Assembly: GCA_964507305.1 (NCBI GenBank)
Contig: CAZDPQ010000002.1
Span: forward strand, 1-51,712
Origin: an uncultured Oscillospiraceae bacterium
GTDB lineage: Bacteria > Bacillota > Clostridia > Saccharofermentanales > UBA5734
Direction: 5' to 3'
Length of the DNA: 51,712 nucleotides
Below the pieces are notes generated by a model. That model ran no database searches. It was not told the origin of the DNA and was given only the letters and a program-made list of their open reading frames with translations. This document shows positions 1 to 8,634 of this stretch, piece by piece. Position 1 is the first letter of the stretch; every line of letters begins with the position of its first letter. A program made the position numbers and the translations under genes.

Positions 1-1384
1 GGAAAGCCGGGAGGATCAGGAGGTTCGAAAGGAGCGATGCCGCCGCGATCCTTCCGTCCAGCAGGATCTGCAGGGGCAGCACGGAAAGACCCGCTGCGGC
101 GCTGAGTCCGGCAGCCGTGGCGATAGCTCCGGGAGTCTTTCCCTTTCCCGCGAATCGCGCGGCAAGCGGTCCGCTGAAGCATATGATCCCGGCCGTGGCG
201 GTCAGTGAGAACCAGAATCCCGCGGAAAGGACATAAGCGGGCTTAATGGCGGCAATCACGATCGCCGTGAGAGCCAACGTCTGCATGAAACTGATTTTTT
301 GTCGAAAGATCCCTGCTGTCTTCACGATCATCACCATGGCAATGGCGCGGGAAACGGATGGAGTCCACAGGGTCAGATACCCGAACGCAGCCAGAAAAGC
401 AATGGACAGCAGATCCCGGAGCTTCTTCCGGATCCGGAGCCTGCGCAGCAGCCTGCTCAGCGGAAAAAACACCATGGCGACCGCCGAACCGGAAACCGCC
501 GTGATGTGTGAAACACCCGCGTCTGCCATGCCTGCTTTCGTCTCCGGGGACAAGCCTCCGGTGTCCCCCAGCGTGAGCGCCGCCATCATGCCGGCATCAT
601 CGGCCGGCATCATCCTTCGGAAAGAGCGGATGAGCGCCGACCTCATGCGCCACGCCATGGCGGCCGGTGAAAAGAGGCTGGCGGTCCCGATCTGTTCAAA
701 CGACAGGAGCCTGCCCTTCAGAAAGATCCCCTGCCCGGCATAATAGCTCCTTTCGTCGAATCCTCCCGGATTTCGCGCGGGAGAAGGCTGCGAAACTTCG
801 ACCTTTCCCCGGAATCGGTCTCCGTATTGAAGACCTTCCGTCCTGCCATACAAATAGACAAGTCCATATGGCGTCCGGGCGATCCTACCGGTCTTCGTTC
901 CTTCATCCCGTGCGTCCCTGCTTTCCGGCGCAAGAATATCGGCACCGTCCCATCCGCTTGGACCGGTATCGTAAAAAGTGAGGATCTGTCCATCCAGATC
1001 AACGGTCCCGCCGTCAAAACGGACAGCCTGTCCGGCAGGGATCAGAATGGTCTGGAAGCAGCGCAGAACGCAGATCATGGCAATGAGCGCAGCGAAGACG
1101 GTCGATGCCGCGCAGGCCGAAACAAGCCGCGGACATTCCGGCGGACGGGTGCCGCGGCGAAACAGCAACCGGAAGAGCCCGGCTGCAGCTGCGGTGAGCA
1201 GAACAGCCGACGCGATGAAAACGATAGAGGAAACCGGAGGACGCATGAGGGTCGATACGGTGCCCGCAGCCTGTACCGTCAAACAGACCAGCATGCATGC
1301 CGCAGGCACGACGCAGATCATGGGCTCCCTTGCAGTAAAAAGAGTTTTCGCCCCCGATATCCATGCTTTCCAACCATCGCGCAT
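1..1384 (-). CDS. comEC: ComEC/Rec2-family DNA-uptake channel protein, N-terminal ~460 aa (gene continues past the left window edge)
   Basis: Not in the ORF track because it has no stop inside the window. Manual reverse-strand translation of the remaining frame gives a TM-rich N-terminus. It also gives ...SQPSPARNPGGFDERSYYAGQGIFLKG... (DUF4131/OB-like region) and ...MAALTLGDTGGLSPETKAGMADAGVSHITAVSGSAVAMV... (ComEC core motif). The ATG at 1384 is preceded by AAGGTG. Track ORFs 246-743+, 827-1492+, 718-1017- and 1014-1373- are off-frame shadows. Confidence 0.8.
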   Translation of the reverse strand, partial: MRDGWKAWISGAKTLFTAREPMICVVPAACMLVCLTVQAAGTVSTLMRPPVSSIVFIASAVLLTAAAAGLFRLLFRRGTRPPECPRLVSACAASTVFAALIAMICVLRCFQTILIPAGQAVRFDGGTVDLDGQILTFYDTGPSGWDGADILAPESRDARDEGTKTGRIARTPYGLVYLYGRTEGLQYGDRFRGKVEVSQPSPARNPGGFDERSYYAGQGIFLKGRLLSFEQIGTASLFSPAAMAWRMRSALIRSFRRMMPADDAGMMAALTLGDTGGLSPETKAGMADAGVSHITAVSGSAVAMVFFPLSRLLRRLRIRKKLRDLLSIAFLAAFGYLTLWTPSVSRAIAMVMIVKTAGIFRQKISFMQTLALTAIVIAAIKPAYVLSAGFWFSLTATAGIICFSGPLAARFAGKGKTPGAIATAAGLSAAAGLSVLPLQILLDGRIAAASLLSNLLILPAF

Positions 1385-1480
1385 CGCTTCACCTTCGCCT
1401 ATTTTACACGAAGGCACCGTGCTTATGCGCGGCACTGTTTACGCCATTTTCAGGCAAAAACATTGAAAATCAACAAAATT

Positions 1481-1520
1481 TCGGTCGGATGAATGAATCG
1501 ATGATTGATTGGATGGATGG
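1481..1520. repeat. Run of doubled tetranucleotides (TCGG x2, TGAA x2, TGAT x2, TGGA x2.5) in the engB-comEC spacer
   Basis: Read directly from the sequence: tcggtcggatgaatgaatcgatgattgattggatggatgg. Confidence 0.6.
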
Positions 1521-1549
1521 AAGCGAAAGGGACCACGGACCGGCAGGTA

Positions 1550-2167
1550 TCAGCCGGGCGTTTCCGTCACGGGAGAAACGTTCCTGCTTGCCATCGCGGC
1601 GATTGCCGAACGGATCGGCGCGATCCCGTCTTTATTGCCGAGCGGCAGGACATGGATCTCCTCCGGAATATCCGCTTCCGAGCGGAAATCACGGATCCTG
1701 GCACCGACCTGCAGCTTCGACAGCTTGTCCGCCTTGGTCAGGATCACGAGATAAGGCTGTTTGCGGGCTGCGAGCCAATCTTTCATCATCTTGTCTTCCA
1801 CAGACAAAGGATGGCGGATGTCGATGAAAAGGATCACAAGGGCGAACGTTCTGCCGGATGTCATATAACGATCTGCCAGGGCCTGGTACTTCTCCTTCGA
1901 GCCTTTGTCCGCCATGGAATAGCCGTAACCCGGCAGATCGGCGAAAAGCAGTTTACCGTCTGCCAGAAAATAGACGACCAGACGCGTCTTCCCCGGCATC
2001 GAACTGACCTTGGCCAGGGTCCTGTTGTCGCCGATCGAATTGATGAATGAGGATTTTCCTACATTGGAGCGCCCCGTGAGAACGACTTCCGGGTACCGGT
2101 CCGGAGGGCATTGGCTGATATCCGCGGCCACTGACAAAAATACCGTTTTTCGAAAATTAATGTTCAT
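1550..2167 (-). CDS. engB: Ribosome-biogenesis GTPase YihA/EngB (YsxC)
   Basis: 205-aa ORF with G1 GRSNVGKSS, G3 DLPGYG and G4 TKADK motifs. Size and layout are typical of EngB. Confidence 0.9.
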   Translation of the reverse strand: MNINFRKTVFLSVAADISQCPPDRYPEVVLTGRSNVGKSSFINSIGDNRTLAKVSSMPGKTRLVVYFLADGKLLFADLPGYGYSMADKGSKEKYQALADRYMTSGRTFALVILFIDIRHPLSVEDKMMKDWLAARKQPYLVILTKADKLSKLQVGARIRDFRSEADIPEEIHVLPLGNKDGIAPIRSAIAAMASRNVSPVTETPG

Positions 2168-2187
2168 GGATTCTCCCGATTGAACAG

Positions 2188-2216
2188 TTCACTAAATCCA
2201 AGATATACTATATAAT
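2188..2216 (+). promoter_or_regulatory. Putative sigma-A promoter for prs (TTCACT-17-TATAAT)
   Basis: TATAAT at 2211-2216 and a weak -35 at 2188-2193, in the divergent engB/prs spacer. Confidence 0.4.
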
Positions 2217-2266
2217 GATGATATACAAGAAAAACTTCAAAATGTAGTGTTCGGGAGGTTTTTTCC

Positions 2267-3493
2267 ATGATCTGCGAAAGCAATCCCAACGAGTCCAATT
2301 ATTTCATATACGACCAGTATGGCGACAACATCATGGAGCCGATCGGCCCCTGCGGCATCATCCCGATCAAGGGCAGCATCGAATTCTCGGAAAAAGTCAA
2401 TTATTATCTGCATCAGCGCCGGATGCAATACCAGTGCGTCAGCTCCACCCATGTCAACACATCGCCCGGCTTCTACCGCTCCGACTACCGCATCGCGGTG
2501 GACACGCTCCGCTTCTCTTCCGGCGAAGGCAAGGCGGTGATCAACCAGACCGTCAGAGGGCATGACGTCTTCGTCCTGGCGGATGTCATGAACCACTCCA
2601 TCACCTACAAGCTGTTCAACAAGGTCAACTGCATGAGCCCCGACGACCACTACCAGGACCTGAAGCGCGTGATCCTCGCCATCAGCGGCAAAGCCCGCCG
2701 TGTCAATGTCATCATGCCTTTTCTCTACGAGAGCCGCCAGCACAAGCGCAACGCCAGAGAGTCCCTGGACTGCGCCTACATGCTCGAGGAGCTGTACAAT
2801 CTCGGTGTCGCCAACATCATCACGTTCGACGCGCATGACGACCGCGTATCCAACGCGATCCCCACCGGCGGATTCGAGAGCATCAACGCCGCATACCAGA
2901 TCATCAAGGCCATGTTCCGCACGATCCCCTATGAAGACTTTTCCGAGGGGAAGCTCATGGTGGTGAGCCCCGACGAGGGCGGCATCTCGCGGGCGATGTA
3001 CTTCGCGTCGATGCTCGGAGCGCCCCTCGGCACATTCTACAAGCGCAGGGATTACACGCAGGTCGTGAACGGCCGCAATCCGATCATCGCCCACGAATTT
3101 CTGGGTGATACGGTGGAGGGTCAGGACATCCTCATCGTCGATGACATGATCTCATCCGGCGAATCCATCCTCGACATCGCGCGGGAGCTGCGCGGCCGCA
3201 AAGCCCGCAACATCTATTGCGCGGTCACCTATGCGCTGTTCACCGACGGGGTGTCGGATTTCAACAAGGCGTACGAAGAAGGGTCGATTTCCAAGGTCTT
3301 TGCGACCAACATGATCTACAGGACGCCGGAGCTGCTCGCGTGCCCCTGGTTCGTGGACGTGGACATGTCCAAGTTCGTCGCGCTGATCATCGACGCGATC
3401 AATCACGACGCGTCGCTGTCCAGGCTGATGGATCCCACGGCCAAGATCCGCGCCCTCATCAAGTCCAAAGAACCGCCGCAGGCGCAGCCGTGA
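2267..3493 (+). CDS. prs: Ribose-phosphate pyrophosphokinase homolog, long divergent form (408 aa)
   Basis: VVSPDEGGISRA and ILIVDDMISSGESILDIA (PRPP-binding loop) plus a DAHD motif. GGGAGG RBS lies 8 nt upstream. About 90 aa longer than classical Prs. Confidence 0.8.
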   Translation: MICESNPNESNYFIYDQYGDNIMEPIGPCGIIPIKGSIEFSEKVNYYLHQRRMQYQCVSSTHVNTSPGFYRSDYRIAVDTLRFSSGEGKAVINQTVRGHDVFVLADVMNHSITYKLFNKVNCMSPDDHYQDLKRVILAISGKARRVNVIMPFLYESRQHKRNARESLDCAYMLEELYNLGVANIITFDAHDDRVSNAIPTGGFESINAAYQIIKAMFRTIPYEDFSEGKLMVVSPDEGGISRAMYFASMLGAPLGTFYKRRDYTQVVNGRNPIIAHEFLGDTVEGQDILIVDDMISSGESILDIARELRGRKARNIYCAVTYALFTDGVSDFNKAYEEGSISKVFATNMIYRTPELLACPWFVDVDMSKFVALIIDAINHDASLSRLMDPTAKIRALIKSKEPPQAQP

Positions 3494-3508
3494 TGTCCGC
3501 GCGGTCCG

Positions 3509-3754
3509 TCACTCTTTCGCGAAAATATAGATCAGCCAGCTGATGACCGTCATGATCATCAGTCCTGTGCCGGTAATTTTGAAAAAAAGGTCGAACCGGT
3601 TGCCGGACACGAGGATCGCGGCCAGCATCAGGATGCCGGTGACAAAGGCGAAAAACACCAGTTTTCCGACAAAGGATTCCGCCACGATGACATAAAGGTT
3701 GTACAGCCCGGACGCGGTGGACCTCCTGCTTTTTTTCCTTCTCTTTTTCGCCAT
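3509..3754 (-). CDS. Small basic two-TM membrane protein (81 aa), function unknown
   Basis: Internal ATG at 3754 is preceded by AGGAGG. Product MAKKRRKKSRR... is followed by two hydrophobic helices. The longer track ORF (to 3898) adds an R/G-rich, non-protein-like N-terminus. Confidence 0.6.
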   Translation of the reverse strand: MAKKRRKKSRRSTASGLYNLYVIVAESFVGKLVFFAFVTGILMLAAILVSGNRFDLFFKITGTGLMIMTVISWLIYIFAKE

Positions 3755-3832
3755 TTCGCTTCCTCCTGCCCGCGCCGCCCGGCTGCCCCTCTGCGCACAG
3801 CGCCTGCCCGCCTGCCGTTTGCCGAAACCGGT

Positions 3833-3862
3833 TTGGCATAATCGGTGCGGAAACGGTATAAT
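3833..3862 (+). promoter_or_regulatory. Putative sigma-A promoter for rqcH (TTGGCA-18-TATAAT)
   Basis: TTGGCA at 3833-3838 and TATAAT at 3857-3862, about 100 nt upstream of the rqcH start. Confidence 0.5.
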
Positions 3863-3963
3863 CGTAATCATTATAGCCCTTTGCCGCCCATTGCTCAACA
3901 GGTCTCACCGGATGGCCGGTTGGCATCTTCCCGGATGACCGGATGACAGAAAGGACCTGCCCC

Positions 3964-5778
3964 ATGCCTCTCGACGGTATCACATCGCACTTCCTGGCCG
4001 AAGAACTGAACGGCGCGCTGGCCGGCGGACGCATCGAAAAGATCAGCCAGCCTACCGCCTGGGACCTGTGCCTTCGCGTACGGAAGGAACAAGGGCCGCT
4101 GACGCTGCTCCTATCGGCAAACCCTTCCTCTCCGCGCATCCACCTCACGGAAGCGGCGTATGTCAACCCTCCCATTCCCTATCGTTTCTGCACGCTCCTG
4201 CGAAAATATCTGTCCGGATCAAGGATCCTATCCGTAACCAGCCCGGATTGGGAACGGATCTTTCTGATCGTCTTTCAGACTGTCAACGAACTCGGGGACA
4301 TCGGCACGATGACCCTCGCGGCCGAGATCATGGGCCGGTACAGCAACATCATTTTCATCCATCGGAGCGGAAAGATCCTGGATGCGATCCTTCAGGTGGA
4401 CCATTCGACAAGCCGTGTCCGGGAAGTCCTCCCTGCAAGGCCGTACATCCTGCCGCCCGTTCAGGATAAATTCCCGCTGGAGGAAGCAGCCGAACGGTTC
4501 AGGAACGGCGGGATCTTCCGGCCGGAAGCCGCTGCTCCGGCGGGAAAATTCATCGTGGAGCAGGTCCGCGGATTTTCTCCCCTTCTGGCCAATGAAATCT
4601 GTTTTATTGCCGGCATCGACCCTGCCGTCGGCATACTTACACTTGATGGGGAACAGCGGCACCGTCTTGCGGCTTCGTTCCTGTCGATGGCCGATGTGAT
4701 CCTCCGGGGCCGGATCCGGCCTTCTCTCTTTTATACAGATGATGTCAGCTCCGTTCCCGTCGATTTTCACGCGCTCCCGATGACGTCATTCCGCCGGTCG
4801 GTGCCCTGCGTCAGCATCTCCGGATGCATGGACGAATTCTACCGCCACCGCGATAAAATCGCTTCCCTGGAAGCCCGTAAAAGCCATCTGACCCGGCTGG
4901 CAGCCAAAAAGCTGGCTGCTGTCGAGAAGAAGATCCAACTGCACCGGCTGGAATTGTCGGATTGCAAAGATCATGATCTCTACCGCCGATACGGGGAATG
5001 GATCTATGCCGGCATGTATTTGCTAAAAGGCGGGGAAAAAAGCATCACCGTCACGGATTATGAGGACCCTTCTCTTCCAGAATCTGTCGTTCCGCTGGAT
5101 GAAAAGCTGACCGCGTCGCAAAACGCGCAGCGCTATTTTAAAAAATACACGAAGCTGAAATCAAGATCCGCCGCAGTCTCCGGTTTGCTCGAAAACGAGC
5201 TTGCCTCGGCCGAATATTTTGAAAGCGTGCTGGTCGCATTGTCCAATGCGGAATCCGCCGCCGACATCGATGCCCTGCAGTTCGAATTCGGAAATGTCCT
5301 TCTTTTGCGCGGCGATGGGCAAGAGTCGAAAAATCCCGGTGCAGGCAGGGGCTCCGACGGAGATCCAAAAGCGTCCCGAAAGGTGCGGGTTCCTTCCGAG
5401 CCCAGAAAATTCCGTTCATCCGACGGGATCGAGATCCTGATCGGCCGGAACAATCTGCAGAACGATGCCCTGACTTTCCGAACCGCCGCGAAAGAGGATC
5501 TCTGGATGCATGTCCAGAAAGCCCCGGGAACGCATACGATCGTCCGATGCGGCAAGGTCCCTCCGCCGGATGGAACCATCGAAGAAGCCGCCATGCTGAC
5601 AGCCTGGTACAGCCGTAAAAGCGAGGCCCGCGATACGAAAGCCGTTGTGGATTACTGCAGCGTGTCCGATGTCCGCAAGCAAAAGAACAGCGCACCGGGA
5701 CATGTGCTTTATGTTCGGTTCAAAACCATCACGGTGGTCGCCCGCATTCCGGACGGCGTCAAAGCCCTGAACGCCTGA
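3964..5778 (+). CDS. rqcH: Ribosome quality-control protein RqcH (NFACT / FbpA family)
   Basis: NFACT-N start MPLDGITSHFLAEELN. C-terminal NFACT-R/DUF814 motif IEILIGRNNLQNDALTF...DLWMHVQKAPGTH. The start at 3964 has AAAGGA 8 nt upstream; the track start 3943 has no RBS. Confidence 0.88.
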   Translation: MPLDGITSHFLAEELNGALAGGRIEKISQPTAWDLCLRVRKEQGPLTLLLSANPSSPRIHLTEAAYVNPPIPYRFCTLLRKYLSGSRILSVTSPDWERIFLIVFQTVNELGDIGTMTLAAEIMGRYSNIIFIHRSGKILDAILQVDHSTSRVREVLPARPYILPPVQDKFPLEEAAERFRNGGIFRPEAAAPAGKFIVEQVRGFSPLLANEICFIAGIDPAVGILTLDGEQRHRLAASFLSMADVILRGRIRPSLFYTDDVSSVPVDFHALPMTSFRRSVPCVSISGCMDEFYRHRDKIASLEARKSHLTRLAAKKLAAVEKKIQLHRLELSDCKDHDLYRRYGEWIYAGMYLLKGGEKSITVTDYEDPSLPESVVPLDEKLTASQNAQRYFKKYTKLKSRSAAVSGLLENELASAEYFESVLVALSNAESAADIDALQFEFGNVLLLRGDGQESKNPGAGRGSDGDPKASRKVRVPSEPRKFRSSDGIEILIGRNNLQNDALTFRTAAKEDLWMHVQKAPGTHTIVRCGKVPPPDGTIEEAAMLTAWYSRKSEARDTKAVVDYCSVSDVRKQKNSAPGHVLYVRFKTITVVARIPDGVKALNA

Positions 5779-6322
5779 CTGCGGCGGACTCGTTCAGAGA
5801 GCAGATGCACCCGCAGAATTTCTGCCTGTAGAGCCCGAGATCCCGGGCCTCTTTTTGTCCCTCGCGGAATCCCGGCCGGAAATCACGATAATAAAACGGG
5901 ACGGCGTGTTTTCGGCTCATTTCCTCGCCGATTTCACGGATCAGGTCGTGCTTCTGATAAATGCTGACCAGAAGGGTCGTCGAAAAAGCATCATAGCCGT
6001 TCTCCGCTGCGCAGGCGGCTGTCCGGTCGAGCCGCTCGCGATAGCACATCGTGCAGCGAGACTCCGTTTCGGCCGCGAGCCACCGTTCTTCGAATGCCGC
6101 GCGGGCGGCCGGAAGCAGGATCTCCTCCGGATCGGTCAGGATGACCCGCAGCGACTGCTGCCGCGCATAATCCGTCAGCGTGTCCCTCCTGCGGATGTAT
6201 TCTGTATACGGATGGATATTGGGATTGTAATAGTAGGAATCGACATCGATCCCGTCCAGGCGCAGCTGCCGGAGCGGATAGATCAGGCACGGTGCGCAGC
6301 AGGTATGGAGCAGCAGTTTCAT
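5759..6322 (-). CDS. queH: Epoxyqueuosine reductase QueH (DUF208)
   Basis: LLLHTCCAPC, RCTMCYRERL and FCGCICS cysteine motifs. 187 aa. GAGGA RBS. Lies 16 nt downstream of ruvB. Confidence 0.88.
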   Translation of the reverse strand: MKLLLHTCCAPCLIYPLRQLRLDGIDVDSYYYNPNIHPYTEYIRRRDTLTDYARQQSLRVILTDPEEILLPAARAAFEERWLAAETESRCTMCYRERLDRTAACAAENGYDAFSTTLLVSIYQKHDLIREIGEEMSRKHAVPFYYRDFRPGFREGQKEARDLGLYRQKFCGCICSLNESAAVRRSGL

Positions 6323-6338
6323 GGCGTATCCTCGCTTC

Positions 6339-7475
6339 CTATCTCCCTGACAGATCCTTCAGCCCGATCTGCTTGTCCTCTGCCGCATCGGGGAAGCCCG
6401 CGCCGGAAGCACCCGCTCCGCCGGCACTCCTGCCGGCAGGATCCGGCGGGATCCGGTGCATGTGCTCCCAGGCGCTGCGGGTAAGCACTCTTCCTCTCGG
6501 GGTCTTGGACAGAAAACCGATCTGCATCAGAAACGGCTCGTACACATCTTCGATCGTCACCGGGTCTTCGCCCGTGCTGGCTGCAAGGGTCTCCAGACCC
6601 ACGGGACCGCCTGCGTAGGAATCGATCATGCACAGCATGATCCTCCGGTCGACGCCGTCAAGCCCTTTTTCGTCGATGTCCAATGCCGCGAGACCGTAAT
6701 CCGCGATCTCGCGGTCAATCATCCCGGATCCCCGCACCTGGGCAAAATCCCGAAGGCGCTTGAGGATCCGGATCGCGATGCGGGGGGTCCCCCGCGCGCG
6801 GCAGGATATGATCTCAAGGCCTGCCTCGTCGATCCCGATCCGCAGGATCATGGCGTCCCTCTTGAGGATCTCCCGGAGTTCTCCGGGCTTGTACAGGTCG
6901 AGCCGGTTGATGACGCCGAACCGGTCGCGCAGCGGCCCCGTGAGCAGCCCGGCCCGTGTCGTGGCGCCGATAAGCGTGAATTTGGGGATGTCGAGCCGGA
7001 TGGAGCGCGCGGAAGGCCCTTTGCCGATGATGATGTCCAGCCCGTAATCCTCCATAGCGGGGTACAGGATCTCCTCGACGCTTTTATTCAGACGATGGAT
7101 CTCGTCGATAAAAAGCACATCGCGCTCGGAGAGATTGGTCAGGATGGCCGCAAGGTCGCCGGGCTTTTCGATCGCGGGTCCTGTCGTCATTTTGAAACCG
7201 ACGCCGAGTTCATTGGCGATGATGCCGGCCAGGGTCGTCTTGCCCAGGCCGGGCGGACCGTAAAGCAGCACATGGTCCAGCGAGTCGCCGCGCTGCCGGG
7301 ATGCCTCGATGTAGATCTTGAGATTTTCCTTGACCTGGGTCTGGCCGAAAAATTCGTCCCAGCAAAGCGGCCGGAGCGTTGCTTCGTCCTTGTCGCTCTC
7401 CGCGGCTTTTGCGTTGAAAATATTCTCGTTGTCGTCGTAATCGTCAAAATGCATCGGCTTATCCTGTCCGGCCAT
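6339..7475 (-). CDS. ruvB: Holliday junction branch-migration helicase RuvB
   Basis: Walker [10 protein letters not shown], Walker [11 protein letters not shown] and [17 protein letters not shown]. An alternative start at 7454 has a better AGGA RBS. Carries a low-complexity G/A-rich C-terminal tail of about 40 aa. Confidence 0.93.
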   Translation of the reverse strand: MAGQDKPMHFDDYDDNENIFNAKAAESDKDEATLRPLCWDEFFGQTQVKENLKIYIEASRQRGDSLDHVLLYGPPGLGKTTLAGIIANELGVGFKMTTGPAIEKPGDLAAILTNLSERDVLFIDEIHRLNKSVEEILYPAMEDYGLDIIIGKGPSARSIRLDIPKFTLIGATTRAGLLTGPLRDRFGVINRLDLYKPGELREILKRDAMILRIGIDEAGLEIISCRARGTPRIAIRILKRLRDFAQVRGSGMIDREIADYGLAALDIDEKGLDGVDRRIMLCMIDSYAGGPVGLETLAASTGEDPVTIEDVYEPFLMQIGFLSKTPRGRVLTRSAWEHMHRIPPDPAGRSAGGAGASGAGFPDAAEDKQIGLKDLSGR

Positions 7476-7522
7476 TCACAGCCTGTCCCGTCCGTCCGGT
7501 TTTGCCGGCGCGATGCGGGCGG

Positions 7523-8131
7523 TCATTGCAGCAATTCGCGGAGCGCTGACTTGATGATGACTTCCAGCGGGGCGTCCGGAGCGTACGCCGCTGAAACGGC
7601 CCTGTGGGCTTCGGCTGGCGTATATCCGAGAACGGTCATCGCGGTGCAGGCTTCCGCGAACTTCGCCCCTGCCGCGGGCTCCGGCAGTTCTCCCGGCGCT
7701 GCGGGCGCCTTGCTGCCGTCGAAACGGATCCCCTTGATTTTGTCCTTCAGTTCGACGACGATTTTTTCGGCGCCTTTGCGGCCGAGACCCTTGACACTGG
7801 ATAAAAGAGCGATGTCGGACGAGATCACCGCAAGCGCGAACGCGGATGGCTCAAGCGTCCCGGCAATGGCCGCCGCGAGCTTGGGGCCGACGCCGGACAC
7901 GGTCAGGAGCATGACGAACATCGCGTGCTCTTCGAGAGTCGGGAACCCGTAGATCGACACATTGTCCTCGCGGACAGCCATATAGGTGTAAATGCGTGCG
8001 CGTTCGCCCTGTGCCGGGATCCTGGCCAGCATGGCGGAGGAACAGCGGATGGCAAATCCGAGCCCGTTCACGTCCAGCGCGAAATGGTCTGCTTTCTTAT
8101 AAGCTATCGTCCCTTCCAGATAGGCAAACAC
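7523..8131 (-). CDS. ruvA: Holliday junction DNA-binding protein RuvA
   Basis: MFAYLEGTI... OB N-terminus, with HhH motifs LLTVSGVGPKLAAAI and VKGLGRKGAEKIV. GTG start overlaps the ruvC stop by 1 nt. Confidence 0.92.
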   Translation of the reverse strand: MFAYLEGTIAYKKADHFALDVNGLGFAIRCSSAMLARIPAQGERARIYTYMAVREDNVSIYGFPTLEEHAMFVMLLTVSGVGPKLAAAIAGTLEPSAFALAVISSDIALLSSVKGLGRKGAEKIVVELKDKIKGIRFDGSKAPAAPGELPEPAAGAKFAEACTAMTVLGYTPAEAHRAVSAAYAPDAPLEVIIKSALRELLQ

Positions 8132-8634
8132 TATTGATACCCTCCGACCGCTTCGTCTTTTTTCCTCGGGCCCGTATGCGCGTGGCAGATTGCCACGGCC
8201 AGGGCATCGGCAGCGTCATCCGGCCGGATCTCTCCGCGGATCTGCAGCAATAATTTTACCATATAATCGATCTGTTTTTTATCGGCTCTTCCGTACCCCG
8301 TCACCGCCATCTTGACCTGGAGCGGGGTATATTCATAAATGCCGATTCCCGAACGCGCTCCCGTCAGGATCGCAACGCCTCTGGCCTGCGCTGTCCCGAT
8401 CGCGGTCGTGGTGTTGCGCGAAAAAAACAGCTCCTCAACCGCCATGGAGTCCGGATGATACCTGGCGCAGAGTTCCTCGAGCTTTTCCGAGATCGACAGA
8501 AGCCTTTTTTCGAACGGCATGGATGATTTCGTGGAGATCACACCGTAATCCAGCACATTGAGCCGGTTTTTTTCGTAAAGGATCACGCCGTATCCGGTGA
8601 TCGCATATCCGGGGTCCACGCCGATGATGATCAT
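8131..8634 (-). CDS. ruvC: Crossover junction endodeoxyribonuclease RuvC
   Basis: IIIGVDPGYAITGYGV, AVEELFF and DAADALAVAICHA catalytic-acid motifs. 167 aa. Confidence 0.92.
   Translation of the reverse strand: MIIIGVDPGYAITGYGVILYEKNRLNVLDYGVISTKSSMPFEKRLLSISEKLEELCARYHPDSMAVEELFFSRNTTTAIGTAQARGVAILTGARSGIGIYEYTPLQVKMAVTGYGRADKKQIDYMVKLLLQIRGEIRPDDAADALAVAICHAHTGPRKKDEAVGGYQ

Noticed and set aside
246-1492. Track ORFs 246-743+, 299-511+, 667-981+, 827-1492+, 978-1466+, 718-1017- and 1014-1373-.
   Set aside because: All overlap the edge-truncated comEC reading frame found by manual translation. None has protein-like composition.
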